64,000 bases of DNA from the NCBI GenBank assembly GCA_951406725.2, contig OX597836.1:23994001-24058000 (forward strand). The letters are read 5' to 3'. A program made the translations under genes and the position numbers. The notes below the pieces were generated by a model. That model searched no databases and was not told the origin of the DNA. It was given only the letters and a program-made list of their open reading frames with translations. How positions within the stretch are numbered: position 1 is the first letter of the stretch; each line of letters opens with the position of its first letter. This document shows, piece after piece, positions 29,006-42,470 of this stretch. This stretch comes from Octopus vulgaris (taxonomy: Eukaryota).

Positions 29006-30024
29006 TACGCACACATATTTGACGGGATTTTCTCAGTTCCATCTACCAAATACACTCACACGGCTTTGGTAGGTATATAGTAGATATTTGCCTAAGGTGT
29101 CACGCAGTACCTGGATCCATGTGGTTGGGAAGCAAGTTTCGGATCTTTTCCTTTTGAACGGCACTTTTCAACACAATTTCTAGTTAACTAAACACTTTAA
29201 AACTTCGTATACTGGTAGAATGTGTCAAAATAAAACATTTTTTCTCTTGGCTTTCTTGAGAAAATTGTAATTTGTAAGTTTAACGTAGTTTAATTTTTCG
29301 AATTTTAACCAATCAATTGCCTCTAGTGAGCTAAAATCATTTGCTGCATCTAAAACTGAGACAACATCCTGTCACTAACCCTAATCCTAACCCTCACCCT
29401 CACCCTCACCCTAACCCTTACCCTAAATTTTAGCCTTTCATTTTTTTTTTTTTTGATTGTTAAATTAATTTAAGGATAACAATTAAGAAGAAAAAAACGA
29501 AAGGCTAAAACGAAAGCAATGGAAAATAATTTAAACAATTAACAAACAAAATAATTCTATAATTTTATACTCACGCTTTCCGTACGTATACATAACGAAA
29601 GGCTAAAACGAAAGCAAAAACTCAAAACAAAAACAAAACGAATAATTTTAGACACACGCGTAACAATTAAATTAATTTAACAATTAAGAAAAAAACCGAA
29701 AGGCTAAAATTTAGGGTTTGGGTTAGGGTGAGGGTGAGGGTTAGGGTTAGGGTTAGTGACAGGATGTTGTCTCAGTTTTAGACGCAGCAAATGATTTTAG
29801 CTCACTAGAGGCGATTCATTGGTTAAAATTCGAAAAATTAATCTACGTTAAACAAATTACAATTTTCTCAAGAAAGCCAAGAGAAAAAAATGTTTTATTT
29901 TGACACATTCTACCAGTATACGGAGTTTTAAAGTGTTTAGTTAACTAGAAATTGTGTTGAAAAGTGCCGTTCAAAAGGAAAATATCCCAAGTTTCTACTC
30001 ACACAACCAATGTCTGTGCCTACA
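28790..30024 (-). mobile_element. SINE family A copy interrupted by a foldback element
   Basis: 3' tail GTTTCAGTCATTTGACTGCAGCCATGCTGGAGCACCGCC at ~28800. The tRNA head resumes after 29987. Confidence 0.8.
29141..29987. mobile_element. Foldback DNA transposon with ~330-bp TIRs, internal telomeric repeats and an 8-bp TSD
   Basis: Termini GGATCTTTTCCTTTTGAACGGC / GCCGTTCAAAAGGAAAATATCC. TSD CAAGTTTC at 29133-29140 and 29988-29995. (CCCTAA/CCCTCA)n at 29375-29426 and (TTAGGG/TGAGGG)n at 29711-29756. Confidence 0.9.
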
Positions 30025-30299
30025 TGAAAAGATTTATACAATAAAATAGTTTTAGTCAGATGCTTATGTGTTTCTTTCACCTCAAGGAACTCGTATAGCA
30101 ACACGAAATTCCAGCTTATTTGCTGTTTTGAAGTGTGATAGGAAGTGGGAAGTTAGGAGCCTTGTGCAGTATATAAATTTGTGGTGGAGAGTCGCAATAA
30201 GGCAGAGAGCGAATGACTCAAAATAGTTGAGACTGTTGTTTATTTCCCAAGCATTTCTATTTGAGCCAAATGTTAATCAAAGATATCACAGTTATATCC

Positions 30300-30728
30300 G
30301 CCACATGAAACTTGCGCCAAAAATCCTCGCATGGACTTAATTTGTCTCACAGATCTTGGATTAGTTCCTCCCTTACAGATCATACTATCGCGATGTCTGT
30401 TCATTGTGTTCTCTCAGACCCACATTCTGTGAACTTGAATGTTCCTCGCATTGCTCTTCCTACCACTACCACATCTGATCTCGGATGTGATTACTAGTCA
30501 CGTGCAATTCTCGAATTCTTCTCTTCTATCCACATCACCCACTCATATTGTTTTCACACGCCGACCCCAGCACTGAAACCTACACCCAGTCATTTATTCT
30601 AAGAACTTTGTTTTGAAATCGTTCTGATGCAACATTTAAAGCAGAAACGTAACGCCATCTTGCCTCTCTTCCAGAGCTAGGAAAAAACATGGGGACATGG
30701 GTATAGGCTATTCTTCTCGACCAAACTC

Positions 30729-30730
<2 letters not shown>
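30300..30730 (+). mobile_element. Decayed L2/CR1-type LINE 3' end followed by (ACT)n; related fragments at ~59540-59700 (-) and ~60430-60650 (+)
   Basis: Broken H..C.HTPTPSTETYTQSFILRT-like segment, resembling the RT..Y..SF.PRT...WN.LP C-terminus. Confidence 0.45.
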
Positions 30731-30787
<57 letters not shown>

Positions 30788-30881
30788 GCTTCTGCTGCTG
30801 CTGCTACGACGACTACTATTAACAATAATAATGCTACTACTAATAATAATGATGATGACGATGATGATGATGATGATGATG

Positions 30882-30917
<36 letters not shown>

Positions 30918-30933
30918 GTAATAATAATAATAA

Positions 30934-31494
30934 ATGCCCTGATGCAGTACCAGGTAGTAGCTCTCGTGGCTTCTGATCCTAACTGATTGGAAGTGATATC
31001 ATGTACATTGTTTTGTCTTGGTATAAAAGATGGGCTACAGCAAATATTCTGCTAAATACCACAGATTTTTCTTGTCAGTTGTTTGACCTTAACCAGTTGA
31101 CCATGTTCCTTGGTGGCTGATGATATGTGCATCTCTGATCACGGGCAGAAGTAGTGGGGGAGCATCATAGCCATTTGTTGAAAGAAATTCTTAGAGGTTT
31201 GGATAATTCACCTTTGGAAACATGGGTGGTTCGTTCAACATCCTTAAACAATCTTTATTCAGGGACCTTTTGAGCGGGATAGACTACTCGACTTGAAGAA
31301 AATTCTAACTGGACCCCACCTGCAAGGTCATGCGCTGTTTAACTTGATATAAGATCACCATGTCGCGCACATGTGGTTGTAATGCATGTGCCTAGTGTAC
31401 CCTTATGAGACGGGTAGTCATGATGGGTATACTGGGCTTCGTATTGACATTTTACCCCAATGTCACTTTGATCGCATGCACTGCTCTCTCACTC
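30934..31494. mobile_element. ~560-bp interspersed element embedded in an (AAT)n array
   Basis: Complex sequence bounded exactly by (AAT)n on both sides, consistent with a microsatellite-targeting retroelement derivative (inference). Confidence 0.55.
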
Positions 31495-31529
<35 letters not shown>

Positions 31530-31555
31530 TAATAATAATAATAATAATAATGATG

Positions 31556-31587
<32 letters not shown>

Positions 31588-31926
31588 TGGTAACTGGTAC
31601 TTAATTTATCGACCCCAAAAGAATGAAAGGCATGGATCAATAACACTCTTAAGTTTTCTATGTGTTTGTAGCCGTATTTCAAGCTCAACTGTTAATTGCT
31701 ACCTATTTGTACCTGTACTTGTTTCGTTGTTTTTTGTTTGCATGTATTTCACTTAATGGACACAAACAAGCACACAAACACACGCATCAAAACGGAATCA
31801 AGAAATGTATGTACATACGTATGTATACTTTATGTGTGTGTGCGTGGTTCATGCATTAGGGTGTGGCACATACAAACGCAAAGTCGTTCAGGAAGAAAGT
31901 GCGGAACCCTCATCTACTGTTTACGA

Positions 31927-32001
<75 letters not shown>

Positions 32002-32032
32002 ATCTATCTGTCTGTCTCTCTCCTATATGTAT

Positions 32033-32124
<92 letters not shown>

Positions 32125-32211
32125 AGAGTTTACGAAAAACAACAATAGACGAAGACAGGCGGTGTACAAAACAAACAGATGTATTTGTATAACGCTCAGG
32201 AATAGAAAAAG

Positions 32212-32249
32212 CCTTTTACGTTTCGAGCCTACGCTCTTCTACAGAAAGG
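32212..32249 (-). ncRNA. Hammerhead-like motif with a variant core, in a probable Penelope-like repeat
   Basis: CCUUU-CUGUAGA-A-GAGC GUAG GCUC-GAAA-CG-UA-AAAGG. A6 is substituted and there is one extra A. Confidence 0.45.
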
Positions 32250-32288
32250 GACACAGAAAACAAGGAGAGACAAAAATGTATGTAGTGG

Positions 32289-32346
<58 letters not shown>

Positions 32347-32474
32347 CGCACATGTATATACATTTACATTTTTTCAGTAATACACTGGGCGTGATATATC
32401 CAATTAAACTGCGATTACATTTTAATAGGTCTATAGTGCTTTATATATAGATGTATATATACAGATTGATAAAG

Positions 32475-32536
<62 letters not shown>

Positions 32537-35339
32537 TAAATATATATGTGTATATATCTATATATATATACATGTATACATACATATATATTATATATAT
32601 TCACATATATATAATTGTATATATATATATCGTGTGCATATACATAAATGTGTGTGTGTATATATATATATGTGTATATATATATATATATATACTTGCA
32701 TATACATACCTGTGTGTGTGTGTGTGCGTGTGTGCGTGTGCGCTTTTGTGTTTGCATGTATGCATATTGCCTTATCTTCCCAAATCACACTTTGAGCGTA
32801 TTTCAAATTAATGATAAAATCTATATGACTTTTATAGATCTGAAGTTTACAAATTTTTCTTCTTGTGTTTGTTCAATATTTGATAGCTTTTCTTGCCATA
32901 CATAAAATATCATTGTGCAGTCATCATGGTATTTGATTTCTTTAGAATCACAATGAATTTAATTTTGTTATTTCTAATCTAATATACCACACGCACACAT
33001 ACACACACACAAACACACATATATAATATAATATACATATACACATACCATACATACATAAATACACACACAAACGCACATACATACCCATTAACGTTTG
33101 TTATCAGCATTGTGATTTTCAGATTTGCAACTTTGTTATCTATATATTGTTGTATTTAAAATATTTCTATAACTTGATTCTCTTTGTTTTTCTTTCTCAT
33201 TAAAGATCTACTGTAAAAATAATTACATAATATTGTTCATATATAAGTCAATTATTGCTTATGATGAATGCGAACCAATTATATATTCAGATGATTTCTT
33301 TAAAAACAAATGCATGTTTCAGAGCAGGTAAATTTGAATAAATGCCTCATATACATATAATATAATCTTTTATAAATAAACATGTTGAAAATAAAATGGT
33401 TTTAATAAATCAACGAACCTTTTTCTTCTTTTTTTTTTTTTTTTGAATATGATTTGAATTATTATTGATATTATTATTGAATTATTTTTCATAAGTTATA
33501 GAAAAATCAATTGTAGAAATATTTTATACTTTACCGTACGAAAAAAGAAAAAGACTCAAATGTCGTTCCCTAGCCATAGGCTCATAAAACCGTTTTCCCG
33601 GATTCTGTAGCATATTTTAAAGTAACTTTAATGCGCGAAAATGAAAAATCTTGGCTTGTTGAGAGTGACTCAGTTTAGACATTTGCATGACACAAATATA
33701 TACTTTAATACACTGTAAATGCGCTTATCGAAAGTAAGAATGCCACAGTATCGTTTTACCTCATTCCCTTCTAATAGAGGATTTTTGTGCTTTGTCAAAA
33801 TGAAACTCGTATAGCATAAATAAATCAGTTTAGTTAAATCTCGTTTTCCACAAATATAAAAGAAATTTGTTCTCTTCATATCTGATTGAAAGTAGCGTTA
33901 TAATAAAACAGAAATGTGTATGCTAGAATAAAAAGTAGCTTACTTATGATCACTTCAATAAAGTCGTATTACTAACTGGAATATCGATGTCATCAACGAT
34001 ACAATGCAAGGCATTGGACTGAGTAATTAGATAGCTGCAATCTTCTGGTAGTGTTTTAGCATTGTAAGCAGCGAGAGTATTACCACATAAATAATTTATT
34101 CAAGTTTAAATGTCATTGTTGTGCTCATAATCCCCTTAGATCTCGCAACAGAAAGGAGAATCTACTACTTTGTGTTACTCACTAAAGGCTTTTGCGTCAA
34201 CAAACATCTTCAACAACTTGAAAATTCATTAAAAGAAATAATATACAACGTGAGGCTCATAATTCAAAGAGTTCGAAAGCATTAAACTTTTAAGTTTTCT
34301 TTGAAAACCATTTAAAAGTAATCGTATATAATTCCACAAGAAACTAACCTAAAGAAATATCAGGGGAGGTTCTAAACGAGTTTATTTCATTGATATATTT
34401 GAAGAAGAGAAAGAAACTAATTCTTTAGACGTTTCTAAGCTGGCAGAATCGTGAGCACATTGGACAAAATGTTTAGCGACGTTTCATCCATCTTTACGTT
34501 CTCAGTTCAAATTCCGCCGAAGTGGACTTTCCCTGTCATCCTTTAAGTGAAGGCAAAATGAATACCAGCCAAATACTGGGGACGATGTAATTAACTAGCC
34601 CCTCCTACAAAATTTCTTTTTGCATTGGTCACAAACGAAATGTTATACTTTTTTTAATTTTTAAAGTTCCAAACATGCATTTCTAATAAAGTCTTGTGAG
34701 TTATAGTGATTGAGCTTCCCCTATGGCATTGGTGATGTAAATAAAAAAATAGATAATACTGATAATTAAAAAGAAAACAGATCGCACACTTAGGTAAGTT
34801 TTATTTCTTCTCGACTGTACTACTCTGTAAAATCTGCTCTTTCAAGAATGTATCATGAAAAGTAGAAGGAAAGTAAACTGGGTATTTTCGGAGGATAACT
34901 GAGTTTAAGAAACTTTAAAAATCTGCACCAGACTCTTAATTCATATCCTGTCATAGTCAGTTCTACCACTCGTCATTGTGCAGTGGGTAACAAAAGTAAT
35001 AATCAATAGGATAATAGGGTAGCAAAATGTTTCGTTGCTTCAACACTCCTCACACCCCCACTGAACTACATACTTCCTCCCTCTACTACCCCTTGCCTTT
35101 CACTTCACCCATTTTACCTTTAAATTTCTCTGCATCATGTTTTGAAACGTCAGATTTTTATTTCTCCACCCTGAAGACAGAGACTGGATCTACCCAATTT
35201 TTATTTGATTCCATTACTGGTTGCATATGCTAGTGAACTACATCTGCCAACATTATGAAGTAACTCAGAAACAGTTATAGTTCCGATAACTGTTATGTTA
35301 ATATATAACATGATTGACCATGGGATTTCACCTAGAAAG

Positions 35340-35607
35340 TTACCTTCCAAGGCACAAGTCCGAGCAAGGTTGTTGGTGGAAGACCAGCAGTCGCTCATGC
35401 ATACCAGGATCCCCTCTTCACACCACCGATGTTATCAAAGGGAAAAGCAAAGGCCAATATAGCATGGCATCAGTGACATCGCAACTCATTTCTACAACTG
35501 AGTGAGCTGGAACAACGGGAAATAAAGTATCTTGCTCAAAAAAACAACGCACAGCCCGGTCCTGGAATCGAACTCACTACCTCATAATTGTAAGCCCGAC
35601 GTTCTAA
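35340..35607 (-). mobile_element. tRNA-derived SINE (C-related)
   Basis: Minus-strand box B GAGTTCGATTCC and a CTTGAGCAAG..CACTCAG.TG body shared with 24130-24370 and 59080-59300. Confidence 0.65.
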
Positions 35608-35829
35608 TATATAAATATCTCTGTATTTATACTTGAATATTCATGGTCTGAATATGAAAATTATAAAAGTTTGACCTAAGCAACAATGATGAATCATTCA
35701 TGGTCTGAATATGAAAATTATAAAAGTTTGACCTAAGCAACAATGATGAATCTGAATGCAATGATAATCGATGTGGTGCATGTCAGCTCATACATACCAG
35801 TCAATAGATGATAAAAAAAGCCCGGAAGA

Positions 35830-36630
35830 ATATTTGCAAACGCAAATATGAACTGCAAATGCAGAACTTCTGCTGCATGTAAAGCTATTGGTTTGACCAA
35901 GTAATCCACCAACCTTGCCCTACTAAATAAATTCGTGGTGTCAAGCAGAGGCCACCGGTTCACAATTTTCCTGGCACTCCTACACAGGTTGATGCCTAAA
36001 TTATGTGAAGTCATTTATATATCTTGGTAGTAAAGTGAATTTGAGCGCTTCCCTTGATGATGAAATCGTCAACTGTCTTATAAAGGCAACCAACGCATTC
36101 GGCAAATTCCGTTATCGCCTATGGAAAGAAAGGTGCATCAAATTTGTCACCAAAGTACAGGTCTACAAAGCAGCCATTATTACTACATTCTTGTATGGCT
36201 CAGAATCTTGGATACCCTATAGACGATGCATTAACCAACTAGACATCTTCCACAAAGACTGTCTGAAGACAATCTGCGGTTATTCACTAAAAGACAGTTT
36301 CTAATGCCGACTTATTTAGCAAGTGTAAGATTGGTGGAATTGAGAGCTTTCTTAAACAATCGCAATTGCGCTGGGCTGGTCATGTCGTCAGAATGGCTCA
36401 GATATAATGACACGCTGAAGACTAACCTCTTAGAGATGAAGATAGCTCACAACACCTTTGAGCGAACAGCCTTGAAACGAACAAAATAGAGACCTTTGTG
36501 ACAAAACGGTATTAAAAACTTTATTGCAACTAGCATTAACAGGCTTCGGGGTGCAGTAACATTCGACATAAGCATTACGACTGACAGAGTACATCATCGG
36601 GACTTCATACGTCGAAACCGACGGGAGGGT
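35830..36630 (+). mobile_element. RTE/BovB-like LINE RT C-terminal fragment
   Basis: VKSFIYLGS...DDEIVN.LIKATNAFGK...LW...TKVQVYKAAIITTFLYGSESW, later LRWAGHV.R. Confidence 0.85.
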
Positions 36631-36776
36631 CCATCGCACACACACACACATACATACACATAGACATACACAAGCGCACACGCACACTCACATGCATACA
36701 TACATACATATATACATACATATATACATACATACATACATACATACATACATACATGCATACATACGTACGTACG

Positions 36777-36821
<45 letters not shown>

Positions 36822-36848
36822 TTTAATTTAATTTTTTTTTTTATTTCC

Positions 36849-37720
36849 AGTTTCAGCTACTGAGCTGTGGCCATGCTGGGGCACCGCCATTTGGTTTGCT
36901 ACATGATTTTACCTCACGAATGCTTTTTAGCAACTGCCATTTGGTGCATGAGAGAGTTCGATGCAGCTGCCCTCATCTGCACCTCCTGCCGTGAAGTTGG
37001 TTCATCCGGGACACCTGACAGGAAGAGATCCAGTCCTACTTTAAAGACATTCGCATCTACACCATGCAGGTCCCTCAGGTTCTTCGGGAGGATATTGAAG
37101 AGCTGTGGGCCTCTGAAGCCCAGGCTATCACAGTACCTTGTCCTACATCTTGATGGCAAATTTGGAGTCCTTGGTACTATGCAGTGGCGCCCGGTTCTGG
37201 CATTTGTGTAACTCTCGATGCCAAAGTTTGGGACAAGTCCTTCCAGGATCTTCGAGATATATATTATGGCATATCTTTCTCGCCTACGCTCCAGGGAATA
37301 GAGCTTTAATCTCTTGAGTCTTTCCCAGTAGCTTATATGCTGCACAGAGGCTATCTTCTTCGTGTAGCTTCGTTGGATCGCCTCAAGTTCTGTGATCAAC
37401 TTGACACTGGATGGTGACCATAGCTGAGAGCAATAGTCAAAGTGGCTTAGGACAAGTGTCTTCCAGAGGACCATCATGATTTCTTGTTCTAAAGGTTCTA
37501 AGAATCCATCCGGCCAGCCGTCTACATTTCATTGCCAGTTTAGCAACATGTTCATGAAAGGTCGCGTCATCACTCATGTGAATACCCAGGTCATGCACTG
37601 ATTGTGCCTCTGGGATTGCAATCCCTCCGGGTCCAGTGTATTCATTGGCTATTGCATTCAGTTTTGCATGCTGATAGCATAAAGCTTGAAACTTTTCAGC
37701 ATTGAACTGAATATATAATT
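36849..37720 (-). mobile_element. 5'-truncated CR1-group LINE (same family as 16202-18015)
   Basis: QFNAEKFQAL...DLGIHM...WILRTF, then LSHFDYCSQLWSP...LYSLERRRERYAIIY. Same 3' stem-loop tail. Confidence 0.9.
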
Positions 37721-37992
37721 CCTGCTGGCGTCCTGTGATCCTGGGATCCACAGTGAATTAATTAGCGGGCCAAACGAGATAATCACTTGTTGGTGACGAG
37801 TCTCTCCCTCCTCCATTTTGTAGAGAGGCCATAGACCAACGGTTTTTAGGGTCTGAAGAGACGCTATGAAGCTTAATACTTTATAGACGTGAAACTCATG
37901 GTAAACCCATAGACCGGCCTTATCTATCTTTATTTGTATACTCTACTGCCCTATAACTTAGAGTGTGCTTCTATTTCGGATATATGATTTAC

Positions 37993-38037
<45 letters not shown>

Positions 38038-38044
38038 TTGTGAG

Positions 38045-38525
38045 GTCGAGCAGAGACTCTACTTGAACATATAAAAGCAGAGTGTCTCCTCAACCTTACA
38101 AACATGCTCTATTTGAAGTAAATAGTGCTCTCCCCAACAGGGTCGGGGAAAATCTTAGACTTGCTTCACAAATAACGCGGCGCTCGTCCATAATGTTAAT
38201 GTGGCATCAACGATTTATTCGGATTGTAACTTAATAGAACTAACAACGTATGGTCTGCAAAGAATTGCAGATATGCAGGCTACTAGAAGCACCCAACTCC
38301 ATTCCAACCTGAACTTTCATAAAAGTGATTGAAAACCTATTCAGAAAGAGGTCATGCAACAAAGCTTGTCTTCACGTTTCTGTATTTAAGTTGTTAACAT
38401 AAAGCTAGAGAACTTTATGGTAATCATATAAGGCATGTGCAGTAAGTTTGCTCCAGAGAGAATGTCAAACCGATATAAAAGCAATTCTCATGGATAGGAA
38501 GATTCTAACAAGACAAGAAATATCT
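38045..38525 (+). mobile_element. Decayed endonuclease/linker fragment of the same CR1 family
   Basis: CLLNLTNML..IVLSPT...ILDL..N....VHNV....SDCNLIEL...SNLNFHKSD*KPIQKE aligns with ORF 16263..17480. Confidence 0.75.
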
Positions 38526-38554
38526 CAAACTTATATATATATATATATATGTAA

Positions 38555-38845
38555 AACGATAAACGTCGCCCATTTCAAGCCTAGCCAGGCTCATGGGCCC
38601 GGTTTCCCCGTTTCCCCCCAGCTGGACGGGACGCCAGTCCATCGCAGCGTTACTCAAGAAACAGGTACAGGGAGTGAGAGAAAGTTGTGCTGAAAGGGTC
38701 GCCACCATCCCTTGCCGGATCCTTATGCATCTTTTAGGACTTTTCGTTCAATAAACACACATAACGCCCGGTCTGGGAATCGAAACTGCGATCCTCCGAC
38801 CGCAAGTCCGCTGCCCTAACCACTGGGCCATTGCGCGTCCACTAA
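38555..38845 (-). mobile_element. tRNA-derived SINE family C
   Basis: Minus strand GCGCAATGGCCCAGTGGTTAGGGCAGCGGAC..GGATCGCAGTTTCGATTCCCAGACCGGGCG. Confidence 0.75.
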
Positions 38846-39275
38846 AATAAATGCGCCCTTTTAAAGCCTGGCCAAGCTCATGGGCCCGGTTTCCCGGTCT
38901 CTATGGCGTATGTGTTCCCCAGCTCAAAATCGGGACCAAAGAATTAAAATGAAACCTACCTTAACACGACATTTTGTTACTCCAACAGGAGTATACCACG
39001 TGACTTTATCTGGCCAACAATTGCTACGACGTTTCAAATGCAATCTAGAGAGAGAGGGGGGAGAGGGAAAGGGAGACAGAGAGGGGTAGATAGAGGGAGA
39101 AGGAAAGGAGAGAGAAAGTAAGTTTGTGAGTGGGTGTGAGGTTGTGTGACTGAGTGTATGTGTGCAATTTTGTTTGTGGGTGTGCGTGTGTGCGTGCATG
39201 TCTTACAGTTTATGAGTGCCTGCGTGAGTACGAGTGTGTATATGTTGTATGTAGGACTACGCATATGTACTCCTG

Positions 39276-39319
<44 letters not shown>

Positions 39320-40257
39320 GGAGATCGTGCGTGCGTGTATCTGTGAGTGCATGTGTGTTTTCTGTCTATGTATATTTGTCGGTGTGCGTGTGCACGCGCA
39401 TGTTTTTCTGCTTATGAGTGCCTGCGTGCATACGTGTGTATATGTGTTGCATGTAGGACTACGCATATGCGTGTGCATTTGAGCTTGCATGTGGGGTTGT
39501 ATATAAAAATTAAGTTAATATATAGAATATGTTACGAAAATACAACACTTTGTAAATAGTTTTATGATGATAACTCGAAATTGAACAGTTTTACTGTTGA
39601 AATGTGTAAGTCTACATCTAACCAATAAGTTTAGGTGCTTAAAGCTAATCAAGATTTTCAAATTATTTTGGCAACTGACAGCACAACGCTCCCTCACTGA
39701 ATCGGATACCAGTCAGTGGGAGAGTCTCCTCCAGATGCTACTGATTCTAGTTTTCAGATAAGTGGAAAGGAGCAATAAAATGCATTGTTCAATGAAACAA
39801 GGCAACAATCATTCAAACGAAGAACCTACTGAAAATAATCAAACATTAGGCACCTGTTCTCTTGCGTTCAGTTACTTTTAATTAGTAATTTTTTATGTGA
39901 AATATTTTGTGCATTTTTCTTTGCGTGTTCAGAACTGTAATGTAGTGTAACAGTAATTATGACAAATATAACTTTTATATCTCTTCGAGATGTAACCTGG
40001 ACCAGAATATCTTTAAAGAGCCAAATGCATTATCAGTCCATTGAATAGACACTCAAAAACAGTCAAAATCCATATTTAAATCGCCAGAATATACTGAAAA
40101 TAATAACAGAAATCAACTATACGAAGGCAAACGGGTTAAGACAATCTCTTAGTAAACATTTAAGCATTTGAACTCACCTATTTGCTCCCTATTGAAACAT
40201 ATACGTGTGTGTGTGTGTGTGTACATATATATATATATGTATATGTATGTACGTATG

Positions 40258-40332
<75 letters not shown>

Positions 40333-40739
40333 ATATCTACCTGCAAATATATATTCTTAGTTGTGAATATACACACGTGCACAGACACTGATAAACACAT
40401 ACACACACACACACATACGCACATGCACCCACGTACCACATACATACAGAGATAATTCTACATACATATTGGACATCAGTATATCAGACACAAAACAGCT
40501 CTTTCTTTTATTTCTCCCGTATTGAATTTAAAAAAACATAAAGAAGCATTTGTGATTGAAGTTTTCCGAATATAAGCAGCAACTTCTGAAAAAGAAACAA
40601 TTACTAACGTCTTGTATTCGAGACACAATGAAGCTATAACCATGCCTGCAAAGAATATATAAACTTCTGGAACAAACCGTAGAGTAGTAGAATGGACACT
40701 TGACAGAAAATCAAGACAGAAAAATTAAAATCCACTTAC

Positions 40740-40834
40740 CTTGACACGACATTTCTTCGCTTCAACAGGACGGAATAACAATTCACTGAAGCAGACGACA
40801 CCCTGACCTGCTGATGTATACCACGTGACTTTAT
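40740..40834 (-). other. Array core, subtype A (candidate exon, 95 nt)
   Basis: TTTCAG|ATAAAGTCACGTGG...ATGTCGTGTCAAG|GTAAGT; near-identical copy at 45386-45480. Confidence 0.55.
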
Positions 40835-41423
40835 CTGAAACGCTGTTACAAGTTTTGCAGCGTTTCTAACGCAAAGTAAGGTTTACATGTGAGTGCATGT
40901 TTGGGTGTGTGAGTGTAATTTTTGTGAATTTGCGTGTTGGACGGCGCGTATCACCTAGTGTAAGTTTGCGGTCAAGATATGACTATATTACTAATATATA
41001 GCTATCTGTAAGACGGCCGAGTGGCAAAATCGTTAGCATTTCGTCTGGCTTTCTTCTAGTTGAAATGCCACTGAGGTCGACTTTTCCTTTCATCCTTTCG
41101 GTGTCGATAAAATCAGCACTAGTTGAGCAAAGAGTGTCAATTCCAATGTAAATACCTTTACATTTAATCTAATGTGCTACGCCTAACTCTATTGAGTATA
41201 TAAACATACCGTTTAGCTAATGTAGATATCGAAATGTCAGTGCATATAAACGTATACATACATACTTACACTCACACCTATATAAGTGCATGTGTGTCCA
41301 TATACATATATATATATATACATATGCATTTGTATATGTACATATTTATTTACATCTATGCATACAACTATGTATATACATACATATATATGTCATATAT
41401 ACATATATACATATATATATATA

Positions 41424-41466
<43 letters not shown>

Positions 41467-41528
41467 TATATATATGCACACACATATATATCTATATCTA
41501 TATATATATATATATACATATATATCTA

Positions 41529-41585
<57 letters not shown>

Positions 41586-41593
41586 CTCTCTCT

Positions 41594-41636
<43 letters not shown>

Positions 41637-42115
41637 TGCATATATACATGTGGAAAATTTACCGGTGAGTGTGTTAAATTATAGGGCACATAAGACACAA
41701 CAGAATATGCTGTAACACACGAATTCACATAAAGAATCTTGCAAATCAAAAACGAAATACATGTATACGTTTATACATATATACATACATACGCATGTGT
41801 GTATGTGTATAAGGGGAATGAGTGTTAGTTTGGAGGCGCGTGGCTTAGTGGTTAGTATGCCAGACGAATGAGCGTGGATTGTGGTTTCCATTACTGGCCT
41901 GGACAGCGCGTTGTGATCTTGTGTACTTCTGTTCTTCTGTTCTTTCACGTTGCCACAGTCCAAGTAGCTGTCAAATATGAGTAATACTGTAAAGGACTGG
42001 AAGCCCAGTGGTCCGTCAAAAAGGGGTTGTATATACGCCACGGATACCGGCCCTATGAATATATGCAACTCTGGAAGGATCGTTATACTGTTCTTTCTAT
42101 CTCTTTGTGTGTGTT

Positions 42116-42201
<86 letters not shown>

Positions 42202-42470
42202 CATATCGGAATATAGATAATAGATAAAATAAAGACACACTAGATGACTATGTAAATTCGTTTGTGTGGTGTAGTTGGATATATCTCAAATTATCCACAA
42301 TAGTTTCTCACTTTTGTTACTGAATATTTCAAAGATATCAACTGAGCAAGCAATATAAGAATACAATCAAATGATCATGGAGAAATACAGAAGAATACAC
42401 GTGGAATATAAAGTTGAAGCTATGTAATATGTATTATCTATACTAAGGATGCTGTTTTTACTTACATTAT

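Noticed and set aside
33950-34090. 46-codon open stretch on the minus strand (LCGNTLAAYNAK...) as a downstream exon for the array
   Set aside because: No ATG or adjacent acceptor, an upstream in-frame stop, and no recognisable homology.
35639-35752. 57-bp direct tandem duplication
   Set aside because: A simple two-copy local duplication next to an RTE fragment, with no sign of function.
36849-38525. Opposite-orientation CR1 fragments as one twin-primed insertion
   Set aside because: They are separated by ~320 bp of unrelated sequence, differ in decay and share no visible TSD, so they are probably independent insertions.
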